The notes under the pieces: model-generated
Told to the model about the DNA's origin: nothing
The model's database searches: none
What the model saw: only the letters and a program-made list of their open reading frames with translations
NCBI GenBank assembly: GCA_965234725.1
Contig: CBDDUX010000001.1
Location: 1-49,582, forward strand
Direction: 5' to 3'
DNA from: Thermoplasmatota archaeon
Lineage (GTDB): Archaea; Thermoplasmatota; Penumbrarchaeia; Penumbrarchaeales; Penumbrarchaeaceae
DNA: 49,582 nucleotides
Position numbers and translations under genes: made by a program
Part shown: one piece after another, positions 12,182-22,848 of the stretch
Layout: each line of letters begins with the position of its first letter
Position numbering within the stretch: position 1 is the first letter of the stretch

Positions 12182-14797
12182 ATGGATGTTACCCCTCTCA
12201 TTTCTAAGGTATCGATCCTAATGGTAATATCTCTCCTGGTCCCGTTCATCTCCATTGACATCGATGCACAGGGATCCTCGGAAGGGGAGGACATCGGACT
12301 CATAGACTTTGAATACCAAAGACTATACAAGGAAACGAACCTAATCTATAGAGCGGCTTTCGGAGACCTGATCCCAGGGAATGGTTTTACAGAGATGGCA
12401 ACCTGTTCAAGGAACGGCAGGATCACAGTAACATATGGTTCGGATATGTCCTGGAATACTGAGCTGATCAAGCATGTGTACGTGAATAATGTTTCCACGG
12501 ATCCAGCCGAGGTGACTTCTCTTGCAGTTGGTGATATCCTGGAAGAAAGGGAAGGTGATGAACTAATTTCGGTAGATACCGACAACTCGGTACGATTGCA
12601 CACCTTCGACAACGGAAAATGGAATTCCAAGGTCATCTGGGAGGATACTAACTGGCTTTATGAAGTGGCCATAGCAGAGATTGATATGGAGAACGACGGA
12701 CCTGAGATCGTTGTGGTTGGAGAAGATCACAATGCGACTCTACTGACAAGGACAGGGAACGTTTGGAAAGCCGAAACCCTGTTCAAGGATAATTTTCCTC
12801 TAGATGCATGTGCCGTTGATGATCTCCTTCCTGATACACCGGGGAAGGAGATAATCGTAAGCGGGATAGACCGTAATGTTACATTGATCACCGGTTCTCC
12901 GGGTAATTGGACAAGTAGGGATATCGCATTCCTTGGGTTTTCAGTCATTGATCTTGTGATATTGGACCTGGACCCGAACATAATAGGAAAGGAGATCTAT
13001 GCATCCAATTTTAACGGTGATGTCTATCAGATCTATCCCGATAAAGATCATTTCTCAAAGAAAAAGGTTCACTTCGAGGGGAAGATGATATATGGTCTTG
13101 AATCTGGTGAGATCGAAGGAGAACCAGTTATCTCCATGGCATCATACAACAACAGAATTGCATTACTCTATTATGATGAAGGGTTCAAAGTGAAGGAGCT
13201 TTACAGAGAGGATTATATCATGGTAGGAACTGGTATCTTCGACCTTGACCCTTACCACAAAGGAAACGAGGTCTTCGCATTATCAGGACTGGGCTATCTT
13301 ACAATGATCTATCATGACGATCCCGGATTGGATATCCTCCTTCCATTCAATTCAACAAAGATCTCAGTGAACGAATCTATTGAAATACCTTTCATAATAA
13401 GATCGAAAGGAGGATATGATGGGACCGTCTCCTTTACTCCAACTGTGATCGGAACATCCATTGTAATACCTCAACCTCCGGTCATCAATGAACCTGGTAT
13501 GTTCAGCTGTAATTTCCCGGGATTTAATGAACCCGGAGATTATATGTTCGGTTTCGCGGTGAATGGTCCCAATGGACCCATCCTTAAGAGCATTGATGTT
13601 AAGGTAACTGAGGATAATAGAAAGGTGAATTTTTCGGTTGGAATACTCAACGGTTCGGTTGGAAGGGACAGGCAGAGGACATTCAATTTCAAGGTTATCA
13701 GCGAAACCGATATTGGATTGCCTTTCACTTTTCAACCCTTTAGGATCCCCTCGGGAATATCAATAGATACCAATAGAAGTGCTGTGGACCCACTTGGATC
13801 CCCGATCCCAGTTTCTTCAACAGTAAAAGTAAGGCCGGGAGCAGAACTGAAGAATCATGAGTTCTTCCTAATAGGATCGTCAACAGATAACAGGAATAGG
13901 GCCATTGGGTTCTCAATAGATGTACAAATGAGTTCTATTGCAGATTTCGATATCTTTATCGATAGTTCAGGCATCATCCTTGGTGAAGGAGAGGAGGCAA
14001 CCATCAAGATCGCATTTATCTCGATAAATGGATATTCGGAAGATATCAACCTATCATTGATCGAGGAGGTTGAAGGGCTTGATGTTACTTTCTCGAAAAC
14101 ATCAGTGGTTCCACCCGGTGAGGTCGATCTCACCGTAAAGGTACTCGATGATGAGGGGCCTTTCTTCATATTCGTTCGTGGGACATCAGGTGGATTGACC
14201 AGGGATGACTCGCTGAGAGTCGACACAAGACCCCCAATGATCAAACTCAATATTGAAAGTCCCAACTCAACATTGCAGCTTGAGAAGAACGAGAAGGGAT
14301 CCCTGACAGGTGTGATCGAATTGAACCTGACACCTGAGAACGGTATTATCGAGTCTGTCTCTATAGAGATAGAGGGACTTGAAGAATATTACACTGTGAA
14401 CCTTGACCCGGTAAATATTCAAAGGATACCCTACCCCATGAAACTGGAGATCACCGTCAATTCTCCTCTGAACGGCACATTGGGGTCGATCAATTTGAAC
14501 ATCACAGGGGAAGGTGGTTCATGGACCTACCAGATCTATCTCTCATACCCTGAAACCGAAAAGAATAATGATACCGGGTTAGATCCTGCCTGGATCATTA
14601 TCTCCGCCTTGACGATACTTTTCATTTTTTCAATCGGTCTCCTGCTGTTCATCAGAGGGTCGAATCCTTTAAATCACAACGAAGGGGTTTCAGAGGACCA
14701 TGGTGCCCATGAAGGCCATGGTGGAAGCGGTGAGACCGCTGAACGGTATCATGGCCGCGGCAGGGGTCTGGATAGGCTGGTCGGTGGCAAGAGGTGA
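12182..14797 (+). CDS. Large membrane-anchored surface protein (FG-GAP-like propeller repeats plus Ig-like domains)
   Basis: N-terminal signal peptide; repeated (G)D-x-x-P-x-x-x-G-x-E-I motifs; beta-rich domains; C-terminal TM helix. Confidence 0.75.
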   Translation: MDVTPLISKVSILMVISLLVPFISIDIDAQGSSEGEDIGLIDFEYQRLYKETNLIYRAAFGDLIPGNGFTEMATCSRNGRITVTYGSDMSWNTELIKHVYVNNVSTDPAEVTSLAVGDILEEREGDELISVDTDNSVRLHTFDNGKWNSKVIWEDTNWLYEVAIAEIDMENDGPEIVVVGEDHNATLLTRTGNVWKAETLFKDNFPLDACAVDDLLPDTPGKEIIVSGIDRNVTLITGSPGNWTSRDIAFLGFSVIDLVILDLDPNIIGKEIYASNFNGDVYQIYPDKDHFSKKKVHFEGKMIYGLESGEIEGEPVISMASYNNRIALLYYDEGFKVKELYREDYIMVGTGIFDLDPYHKGNEVFALSGLGYLTMIYHDDPGLDILLPFNSTKISVNESIEIPFIIRSKGGYDGTVSFTPTVIGTSIVIPQPPVINEPGMFSCNFPGFNEPGDYMFGFAVNGPNGPILKSIDVKVTEDNRKVNFSVGILNGSVGRDRQRTFNFKVISETDIGLPFTFQPFRIPSGISIDTNRSAVDPLGSPIPVSSTVKVRPGAELKNHEFFLIGSSTDNRNRAIGFSIDVQMSSIADFDIFIDSSGIILGEGEEATIKIAFISINGYSEDINLSLIEEVEGLDVTFSKTSVVPPGEVDLTVKVLDDEGPFFIFVRGTSGGLTRDDSLRVDTRPPMIKLNIESPNSTLQLEKNEKGSLTGVIELNLTPENGIIESVSIEIEGLEEYYTVNLDPVNIQRIPYPMKLEITVNSPLNGTLGSINLNITGEGGSWTYQIYLSYPETEKNNDTGLDPAWIIISALTILFIFSIGLLLFIRGSNPLNHNEGVSEDHGAHEGHGGSGETAERYHGRGRGLDRLVGGKR

Positions 14798-15542
14798 CCC
14801 CTACTCGATCGACCTTCCCCTAATACTATTAACTCTATCAGCTTTCCTTGTACTTTCCGGCGGTAACATTCTGAACGATCTGGGAGATGTTATGATCGAT
14901 CAAAGGGCTCATCCCAGAAGACCGCTGGTCTCAGGCAAATTGCGCTTGAAAGAGGCAAGACTTGCTTTCCTGTTCATGTGGATGGTACCCATTTTCCTCA
15001 CTTCCATCGCATCTATATTTGCTGTTACCGTATACCCGGTCATAATACTCATCATCTCAATGTTCCTCATCACATTTTACGAATTATACCTTAAGGAAAG
15101 AGGGTTGATGGGAAATGTTACTGTGGGAGCTCTGACCGGACTTCCATTCCTCTTCGGGGCCTCTCTGATGAATGAATTCAGCCTCCTTTTGATCGGGATA
15201 TCTATAATGGCTGCTTTGATCAATATCTCAAGAGAGATCCGAAAGGATATGGAGGATATTGACGATGATCGTCGGTTCAGGAAAACGCTTCCTGTAAGGA
15301 TAGGTCTTGAACGATCTGCAATATATGCTTCCGCTCCATGTCTTTTGGCAGTAATGATCAGCCTCTTGGTGGCCATACTCATTGATCTCAACCTTGTCTA
15401 TATTACACTGGTCGTGATAGCAGATATCTTATTCCTCTATTCCATGGTGAATACAAATGAAGGGGCTAGAGGGTCACAGATCGCTCTGAAGAGAGGTATG
15501 ATGATCGCCTCACTTGCATTCATATCACTTGCTTTCCATTAA
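14709..15542 (+). CDS. Digeranylgeranylglyceryl phosphate synthase (UbiA family)
   Basis: AVRPLN, NILNDLGDVMID..AHPRRPLVSG, GLMGN, REIRKDMED, KTLP; multi-TM. Confidence 0.88.
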   Translation: MKAMVEAVRPLNGIMAAAGVWIGWSVARGDPYSIDLPLILLTLSAFLVLSGGNILNDLGDVMIDQRAHPRRPLVSGKLRLKEARLAFLFMWMVPIFLTSIASIFAVTVYPVIILIISMFLITFYELYLKERGLMGNVTVGALTGLPFLFGASLMNEFSLLLIGISIMAALINISREIRKDMEDIDDDRRFRKTLPVRIGLERSAIYASAPCLLAVMISLLVAILIDLNLVYITLVVIADILFLYSMVNTNEGARGSQIALKRGMMIASLAFISLAFH

Positions 15543-15613
15543 ATACGCAACATATGTCCAGGAAAGGTTTTTCATTATCCTATACATAGTAAAGGACATA
15601 ACCTGGACCGGAG

Positions 15614-18600
15614 ATGGTCATTTTGAGAACTAATTACATCCTCATACTTTTCTCGCTGATGCTTTTGATCATCGGCATCTTAGACATGAATATGATCCCT
15701 GGAGGCAAAGAAGGATCAATATCTGCACTTCAGACCAGGGATGGTGTTGAACATTCACCGATAGTAATTGATGGGAATTCGGATCTTCTAACAACAGCCT
15801 CGAGTGAAGGATGGCCAGGTGATGGCTCCGAAGAGGACCCGATCATAATTTCCAATTACCGGATCATAGCCCAGGGGAATTATGGAATAAGGATCACTGG
15901 ATGCGATCTCCACACTGTCGTAGAAAATATTAATTTAACGATCGCTTACGAGGCTGGAATTGAGCTCACTTCCTGCACTAATGTTACTATTAAAGGAAAC
16001 CTTATCTATGCAATGATCTCCTCTGATGCAATAAGACTGGTGGGATCATCGGACTGCATCATTACTGAAAATCATCTCGACAAGGACGATCAAGTGGTCA
16101 TCGGATACAATGGCATAAGGCTTGTGGATTCTCCTGGGAATTCCATTACTGACAACATAATTGCTAGGATGGTCAATGACGGAATCCTTCTTTCAGGTCT
16201 ATCAGATGAGAATCTGATCAAAGGCAATCATCTGGATGAATGCTCCAATATCGGGATCATGGTCCAGTCCGACAATAATTTGATCGTCAACAATTCAGCC
16301 TTTGGCAATGGTTGGGGAATACGGGTTTCGGGAGATAATAATGATATTTTAGGGAACAGACCAAGAAGCAATGGATATGGCATCTACATATCAGATGGAA
16401 AGAAGAATACTATCAAGGAGAATATTGTCACCAGGAACTTCATAGGAATAGATTTGATCGCGTCACTTGATAACCTGATCTTCGACAATTACATAGCGAA
16501 ATCCGACTCATTCGGGGTGGAACTGTACTGCAATCAAGGAAGCGGAAATATTGTCCATTCCAATCATTTTTATTACAACAATGGATCCAGCAGTTTTTAC
16601 GATGTTGAAAGTGTACAGGCATATGATCTGAACCCTGGAAACCTATGGTACAACACCACATCCGGAAGGGGGAACTTCTGGTTCGATTGGAGAGGGGTTG
16701 ATGGTAACAGCGATGGTATAGTTGATCTATCCTACCCTATTGCAGGTGGTGGGAAAAGGGATATGAAACCCTTAAAGAATCCAACCATGTCTGATGTATT
16801 CCCTCCTCCTTGGAACCTGAAACCACACCCTCAATCCGCTTATATAGATATTACCTGGAACGCTCCCTGGTACGGTCCTTCCGTCAAGATAGAGAGATAT
16901 CTTATCTACAGGAGCGAGAGAGATGGGGGAGAGTTTTATCTTGATTCTGTTCAAGGGACAGAATTGACCTATAGAGATCTCGATGTCCTGCCTGGCAGAG
17001 CATATTATTATTACATAATTGCAGAGAACTCGATTGCTTTGAGCAATCAAAGCAAAAGGATCAAATCCTCTCCGGATACGATATCACCAAAGATACTTAT
17101 CGATCAACCGGAGGATGGTGATATCCTGAATAATAGGACTGTGAACGTCCTTTTCACAGGATCGGACAATATTGCCCTGGACCGATTCGAAGTATCACTT
17201 GACGGGGAAGAACCGGTTGACAACGGATTGTATGATAACAAGACCTTCGAGGACCTGACTGAAGGATCACATTCAGTTTATGTAACCGCTTTTGATCTAG
17301 CCGAACACAACAAAACTGCGGTTGTGGATTTCATTGTAGATGTCTCAAACCCATTCATAAAGATAGATTCCAATGAAAGTGGAGGTATCCTTTCCGGAAC
17401 GACCTCTCCGACCTTGACCTGGGTGGCAGGTGACAATGTCTCGGGAATCGATGGATTCTTCATATCAATAGATGGGGACCAGTTCAAATGGACAGGAAGG
17501 AACATGGAATACACAATCCCAGAACTTCTTCCGGGATCCCATACTGTATCCATAAGGGTAAGGGACAGGGCCGGGAACAGGATCAACGATACAGTCAACC
17601 TTACGGTCGATCCGGAGACACCCCGGATCGATATCATCTCACCTTATGAATTCTATATCAATAACACAGGAACCATCCCTTTCAGGTGGTTTGCTGAGGA
17701 TGATATCTCCGGTATTTCCAAATTCCATATAAGATGGGACAGTGGTGACTGGATCGATATCGGTAGGATCAGAGAATACGAAGTGGATGGCCTTACCGAG
17801 GGTTCCCATCATATCTACATCAGGGCATTTGATTTCGCCGATAACAATATCACGGCAGAAAGAACGGTCATTGTTGACTTGAGCCCTCCTGAAATGGAAA
17901 TAACACATCCTGTAGAAGGAGGCTTGTATAATGGGGAATTCAACTTGCAGTGGTCTGGTACGGACCTCCTAACAGGAATATCAGGTACAACCCTGATAAT
18001 TGACGATGGAGAGCCCCAACATTTCAAGAAGGAACAACCGATCAAGATATCATTCCCAAAGGATGGCACCCACACCATAGAACTCTTCGTCATTGATGGA
18101 GCTGCCAATTCGGTGTCAATCAGAAGAACATTCCATTACGACATCACTCAACCCACTGTTGCCTCTTTCCACCCTACCGGAACCGAAGTGAATGTGAGCA
18201 CAGACCTGATCATAGGATTCTCCGAGGATATGGAGCTCACATCCATCTCGCTGGATATGGAGGATGTTTCAGGAAATTTCTCCTGGGAAGGAGGGAATCT
18301 TACGTTCGACCCCGATAGGGCTCTGGAATACGGAAAGAAGTATTCCCTGAGAATAACCGGATTCGATATTGCGGGAAATCCTCTTGTTCCCTTTGACTGG
18401 TATTTCACAACGGAATTCGATCTTTCCGAGGGAAGAGGTATGATCATTGGAAGGGTCACTGATGGATTGGGATCCACCATATCCAATGCATCAATAAGAG
18501 TTAGATCGGGTGAAAGGGGCCAGACAAATGAGACCGGTTGGTTCCAACTTGTTGTCATAGAGGGTGACAATCATCTGATAGTCTCCTTCCCTGGATATCG

Positions 18601-18922
18601 GGAATCCAAGTTCGATTTTACTATTAAGGAAGGTGAGGTCCTTGAATTGGGTGATATTCCAATAAAAATGATTCCGGAAGAAGTTAGTGATAAGAAGAAG
18701 GAAGGACCCGGTACCCTCCTTATCATATTGGTCGTTGTAATTATCGCTTTACTATTCTCTGCTCTCATTGGATGGCAGGTCCATAGGTCCAGAAAAGAAT
18801 CTGAACTTGAAAAATTTATTTCGGGTCCTGTGAAGGGAGCTGAGATCGGGAAACCACCAGCTCAGGTTACAAGGGATTACAATACGGACGGACACACTGT
18901 TATCGATCATTTCGATGGATAG
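15614..18922 (+). CDS. Surface protein: NosD/CASH beta-helix, FN3, Ig-like repeats, carboxypeptidase-regulatory-like domain, C-terminal TM
   Basis: HSPIVIDGN..GWPGDGSEEDP, G-I-x-L..N-I-x-N repeats, GNFW, FN3 PPWNL..YYYYIIAEN, repeated D-x-x-x-P/EGSH units. Confidence 0.85.
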   Translation: MVILRTNYILILFSLMLLIIGILDMNMIPGGKEGSISALQTRDGVEHSPIVIDGNSDLLTTASSEGWPGDGSEEDPIIISNYRIIAQGNYGIRITGCDLHTVVENINLTIAYEAGIELTSCTNVTIKGNLIYAMISSDAIRLVGSSDCIITENHLDKDDQVVIGYNGIRLVDSPGNSITDNIIARMVNDGILLSGLSDENLIKGNHLDECSNIGIMVQSDNNLIVNNSAFGNGWGIRVSGDNNDILGNRPRSNGYGIYISDGKKNTIKENIVTRNFIGIDLIASLDNLIFDNYIAKSDSFGVELYCNQGSGNIVHSNHFYYNNGSSSFYDVESVQAYDLNPGNLWYNTTSGRGNFWFDWRGVDGNSDGIVDLSYPIAGGGKRDMKPLKNPTMSDVFPPPWNLKPHPQSAYIDITWNAPWYGPSVKIERYLIYRSERDGGEFYLDSVQGTELTYRDLDVLPGRAYYYYIIAENSIALSNQSKRIKSSPDTISPKILIDQPEDGDILNNRTVNVLFTGSDNIALDRFEVSLDGEEPVDNGLYDNKTFEDLTEGSHSVYVTAFDLAEHNKTAVVDFIVDVSNPFIKIDSNESGGILSGTTSPTLTWVAGDNVSGIDGFFISIDGDQFKWTGRNMEYTIPELLPGSHTVSIRVRDRAGNRINDTVNLTVDPETPRIDIISPYEFYINNTGTIPFRWFAEDDISGISKFHIRWDSGDWIDIGRIREYEVDGLTEGSHHIYIRAFDFADNNITAERTVIVDLSPPEMEITHPVEGGLYNGEFNLQWSGTDLLTGISGTTLIIDDGEPQHFKKEQPIKISFPKDGTHTIELFVIDGAANSVSIRRTFHYDITQPTVASFHPTGTEVNVSTDLIIGFSEDMELTSISLDMEDVSGNFSWEGGNLTFDPDRALEYGKKYSLRITGFDIAGNPLVPFDWYFTTEFDLSEGRGMIIGRVTDGLGSTISNASIRVRSGERGQTNETGWFQLVVIEGDNHLIVSFPGYRESKFDFTIKEGEVLELGDIPIKMIPEEVSDKKKEGPGTLLIILVVVIIALLFSALIGWQVHRSRKESELEKFISGPVKGAEIGKPPAQVTRDYNTDGHTVIDHFDG

Positions 18923-18947
18923 TTGATGTTCAAACTCTAAGGATCGG

Positions 18948-19976
18948 TCAGAAGAAAATATCCAATGATGATTGTTCGTTCTCGACCTCTTCATAATTTG
19001 ATCTTGCAATAAGATCCAGATTCCTTCTTACCCCCTCTTCTCGAAAACCTAGATCTCCAACAAGCATTCCAAGGACCCTTTCTTCATCCGGTTTCCTGAA
19101 CTCGATTGTATAATCATCGGTCACAGAAGGTTCAAGGAATATCCTTCTAACTTCCTGGAATTCGAGAAGGGGAAAACGTTTCACCTTTGTCACTGTCTCC
19201 AGATCTCCCAGTTCTTTAATGAGTTTTAGAGCTTTTTTCGGGCCGATCCCATTCACGCCCTCATTGAAATCGGTCCCAATCATCACTGCCATATCGACCA
19301 ATTGTTCCCTTGACACTCCCATCTTCATCAAGGAATCCTCCAAGGAGATAACCTCGGGAAGCACTGTAATATACATTTTCCTTCCAGGTTGCTTGCGTCT
19401 TCCAGTCACTCCAAGATTCCTTACAAGGAGTGGGCATCCGAAAAGAAGTGAATCGAAATCCTGAGAGGATACAGCATAAGCATCACCTTTGCTACACATG
19501 TAAGAGGCCTGCCCTTCTCCGTCGGATGGGGCCTTAACTGTGGGAATGCCAAGATATCTCAGGAGTGTGACTGTCTGTTCCACCATCTCTTCAGTGAGGT
19601 GAGAGGTCTGCATTGCTTTGGTCCTTGCAGTTGCAAGGTCACCTACCTCGATCGCCTGCTCCCAGTCCTTGATCGCTTTCTCCTTTCTCTCCCTTCTCTG
19701 GTCCAGAGTTCCTTTCTTCAATTCATGGGGTTTCCCATCGAACACCATTACAGGTTTTATTCCGTTATTAATGAGGTTGGAGATCCTTGATAGGATACCT
19801 TTGAGATGAGATATTACGATCCCATCCGAATTGGATAGAGGATAGCCTTCAGGGGTCCTGATCGATGATATGAACTGATAAAGCATATTGTAGGTATCGA
19901 AGGCAACAACCTTTCCCCGGAGTTCATTTTCGGAAAGCTGCCTCTTCACAACAATATCTGAAAGCTTGATCCCCAT
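18948..19976 (-). CDS. fen: Flap endonuclease 1
   Basis: FDTYNMLYQFISSIR, VFDGKP, APSDGEGQ, SQDFDSLLFG, GTDFNEGVNGIGPKKAL, C-terminal PIP box QSSLDIFF; start at MGIKL. Confidence 0.95.
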   Translation of the reverse strand: MGIKLSDIVVKRQLSENELRGKVVAFDTYNMLYQFISSIRTPEGYPLSNSDGIVISHLKGILSRISNLINNGIKPVMVFDGKPHELKKGTLDQRRERKEKAIKDWEQAIEVGDLATARTKAMQTSHLTEEMVEQTVTLLRYLGIPTVKAPSDGEGQASYMCSKGDAYAVSSQDFDSLLFGCPLLVRNLGVTGRRKQPGRKMYITVLPEVISLEDSLMKMGVSREQLVDMAVMIGTDFNEGVNGIGPKKALKLIKELGDLETVTKVKRFPLLEFQEVRRIFLEPSVTDDYTIEFRKPDEERVLGMLVGDLGFREEGVRRNLDLIARSNYEEVENEQSSLDIFF

Positions 19977-20041
19977 GATACCCGAATATATCGTAACTTC
20001 TATCAATCTTTCCTCTTACTTAAATCATAAAAGGTCCTTTC

Positions 20042-20920
20042 ATGGATATGCGGTTGTTCATTCCAACTGTATTCAGCCTCATCCTTGTTTCGATCCTGAT
20101 ATTGATCGTACACCCAGCCATTGGAACGGAAGTTGAACAAGGACCATATTTCATCCACCCCGAAGAACCGATCCGGGGAAAAATGACGACCATACAGGTC
20201 CTGGTCGTCAACGACTCAAGCTCTCCGGTTATGGGAGTAAGATTGAGTATTTCAGGGAAGTTCTTCCATTCCTTTCTGATCCTTACCAATGGATCTAACC
20301 AGACCCACAGCATCGATATCTACATGACAGAAGTGAAATTTGGAGAAAGTGGAGACATTTTGGTCACAGAGCAGCACCTGGTAGGATCACATTGGTCAGA
20401 TGTCAGGTCCTTTAATGTCACGGTAAAACAGGAAAAAGCGGTAAATGATAAGATATTTGGTCTTCCAGACTGGTACTGTTCCATTGGTGTTCTTATCCTG
20501 ACACTCACATTAATATTCATCACGTGGGCATATTTTAAAGGAAGGAGGATACAGAAAAATCGTAAAGTGGATGCTCCTGGGCAGATAAAATGTTCAGACT
20601 GCGGTCGATCATTGAAAGGAACGGAGGAAAACTGCCCATATTGCGGAGTCGAACTGACCGGAGAGGAATATCTATGTGGAAAATGTGGAAAAATAGTAGG
20701 CCCCTCAGATGAGAGATGTGAGGCTTGCGGTTCTCGGCTCGGATCAGGAAAGGAGATCATCACTCCAAATGTAAGATCACAAAGAACGATCAAGAAGAAT
20801 AAAAGGCCTACCTCCAATTCCCCGGTATCTGATTCCATGAAAAGAACATGTGACGGATGCGGTACCGTCCTTTTAAGATCGGAATTAACCTGTCCAATTT
20901 GCGGAAGATTGAATAGGTAA
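20042..20920 (+). CDS. Membrane protein with cytoplasmic double-zinc-ribbon repeats
   Basis: Signal peptide, TM helix, six CxxC pairs (CSDC, CPYC, CGKC, CEAC, CDGC, CPIC). Confidence 0.8.
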   Translation: MDMRLFIPTVFSLILVSILILIVHPAIGTEVEQGPYFIHPEEPIRGKMTTIQVLVVNDSSSPVMGVRLSISGKFFHSFLILTNGSNQTHSIDIYMTEVKFGESGDILVTEQHLVGSHWSDVRSFNVTVKQEKAVNDKIFGLPDWYCSIGVLILTLTLIFITWAYFKGRRIQKNRKVDAPGQIKCSDCGRSLKGTEENCPYCGVELTGEEYLCGKCGKIVGPSDERCEACGSRLGSGKEIITPNVRSQRTIKKNKRPTSNSPVSDSMKRTCDGCGTVLLRSELTCPICGRLNR

Positions 20921-20931
20921 AGAATAAAATG

Positions 20932-22770
20932 TCAATTCAGAATGGTATCCTGGATGATTGATCTCATATTTGTTTCATGACCGTCAGCTCCTGTCATCAG
21001 TTTGAAAGCCCTGAGTGATGACCTCATCAAGATATCTACACCTGATACAGGTACGCCTCCCCTTGATTCGATCGAAGAGAGAAAAGGTGTCCATTGCAAT
21101 TTGTAATATAGATCCATTCCGTATAATGGCTCCAATCCCCTTACAAGCTCTGCGATCTCCATTGTACCATCCGGGTCTCCCTTTACAGATCTGGTCTGAA
21201 AGGGTACGGAATTGATTATCAGATCGAACTTTGTTCCCGGTTTTGAAATAGCTTTGAAGGATGTACCCTTGATCCTACTTTTTAAATTGTCTGCTATCTC
21301 CTTTGCCCGGTCATGATTGCTCCCGGCGATATAGGTATCCATCCCCATCATGGATGATGCTACAGCCGCTGATCTTCCACTGGCTCCTGTTCCAAGTACC
21401 AATGCTTTGGATCCCTTGGTGATGTCAGAGATATGGATCTGGTCCCCGACTCCATATATCTCCGAGTTAAAGCCGCAGGTCTTACCTCCCCTGAAAGATA
21501 CGACATCAATACTACCTACCCTTGCGGACCTTGGATCGACCCAATCCATCATCCCTGCAACACTGGTCCTGAAAGGCATTTCAATGAAAATTCCTTTCAT
21601 ACCCATGGACCTGGCCATATCCAACTGTGTTACCATGTCACCGAAATCGGACCCTATCGGGATCATCAACGCATCCATGGATAAATGGTTGAATTGAGCA
21701 TTGAACATGCGATTCCTGAATTCAGCATTATCCAGTCTGCCCATCTGAAGATAGATGGAGGTTTCAGGTGTCATTTCCCTTTTCCAGAGGGACCAATCGC
21801 TTGAGATATCATTTCCGACAATCCCAAGGTTCTTCCAAATGGACCATCGGTCAATAATATGCCCTGAAGGATCGTTTTTAGAAAGATCACCTGAGATCTC
21901 TGTCCCATCGATATATACCATATCGGATATTGAGATCGGACCCAGTATCTGGGTCAGTTTATTGTTTCCCCCGATCGGTTCAATGACCGCTAACTTTCCT
22001 GGGATCCAGGCTCTAATATTTCGGGAGATCCTGATGGCATTTTTTAATCCATTCGAATCCTTGATTGGAAGCAAGACCTTGTAACCCTGAATATCTTCCG
22101 TCCCCAGACCAACCGGCGGTGTCCATTGGGTTATCCCATCAAGGACTTTGGTTATCATTACCCTCGTGCCAGATCCCCTTGCAAGGTCGATTATCTCCTT
22201 CCTTTTATCTCCTGGGATATCCTCCTCTATCTCTATCCAGGAGAAACCCTGTGCAGCTATCATCTTCAGCAGATCAAGTCTTGAGCTTTCGGGAAGTAGT
22301 TTTTCGGTGACCATCCCCCCATACCTATAGGGTCTTAACGATCCGATGCAGGACGATCGGAGGAATGATGCTGTCTGAACAATATGAACACCGAATCTGG
22401 CCTTAGCCTCTGGGGTTCCTCTAGGATCGAACGTATCGAAACGAAGGTCGAAAAGTACAGCTCCTTTGGACCTGTACTCGAAGAAGGATCTCCTCACTGA
22501 ATCTACAGAGGGACCCCTTAGGTTGATCACTCCCCAGGGGGGAATTAAAATCTCCATCGGTTTTACCCCTTGATCGGACTTGATAGTGCATCGTTCAATA
22601 TGGTTATATTTTATTTGTTCCAACAAATTGATCATTCTATCCATTTCAAAGGTCGATCTCTCTATCCCCGGACGATCATTCATCATATTATCTATTAAAG
22701 ATATACTGAATTCCTTATCATCGATCGCAAGATCCTTCCCGATCCTACCCAACTCATCAGTGCTTATCAT
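20932..22770 (-). CDS. Divergent type I dehydroquinase-like / shikimate dehydrogenase-like fusion
   Basis: DLRFD, LRPYRYGG, WIEIE, GYKV (AroD-like); MPFR, GSIDVV, GFNSE, LVLGTGASGRS, DLIINSVP, MDLYY..TPFL, SGVDIL (AroE-like). Confidence 0.7.
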   Translation of the reverse strand: MISTDELGRIGKDLAIDDKEFSISLIDNMMNDRPGIERSTFEMDRMINLLEQIKYNHIERCTIKSDQGVKPMEILIPPWGVINLRGPSVDSVRRSFFEYRSKGAVLFDLRFDTFDPRGTPEAKARFGVHIVQTASFLRSSCIGSLRPYRYGGMVTEKLLPESSRLDLLKMIAAQGFSWIEIEEDIPGDKRKEIIDLARGSGTRVMITKVLDGITQWTPPVGLGTEDIQGYKVLLPIKDSNGLKNAIRISRNIRAWIPGKLAVIEPIGGNNKLTQILGPISISDMVYIDGTEISGDLSKNDPSGHIIDRWSIWKNLGIVGNDISSDWSLWKREMTPETSIYLQMGRLDNAEFRNRMFNAQFNHLSMDALMIPIGSDFGDMVTQLDMARSMGMKGIFIEMPFRTSVAGMMDWVDPRSARVGSIDVVSFRGGKTCGFNSEIYGVGDQIHISDITKGSKALVLGTGASGRSAAVASSMMGMDTYIAGSNHDRAKEIADNLKSRIKGTSFKAISKPGTKFDLIINSVPFQTRSVKGDPDGTMEIAELVRGLEPLYGMDLYYKLQWTPFLSSIESRGGVPVSGVDILMRSSLRAFKLMTGADGHETNMRSIIQDTILN

Positions 22771-22848
22771 ATCTTCTCAAATTCCGATCGAGAAGGTAGT
22801 TTATATCCAATGATGGGGAGGGCCAAGGGGGTTCCCAATCCTAATGGA

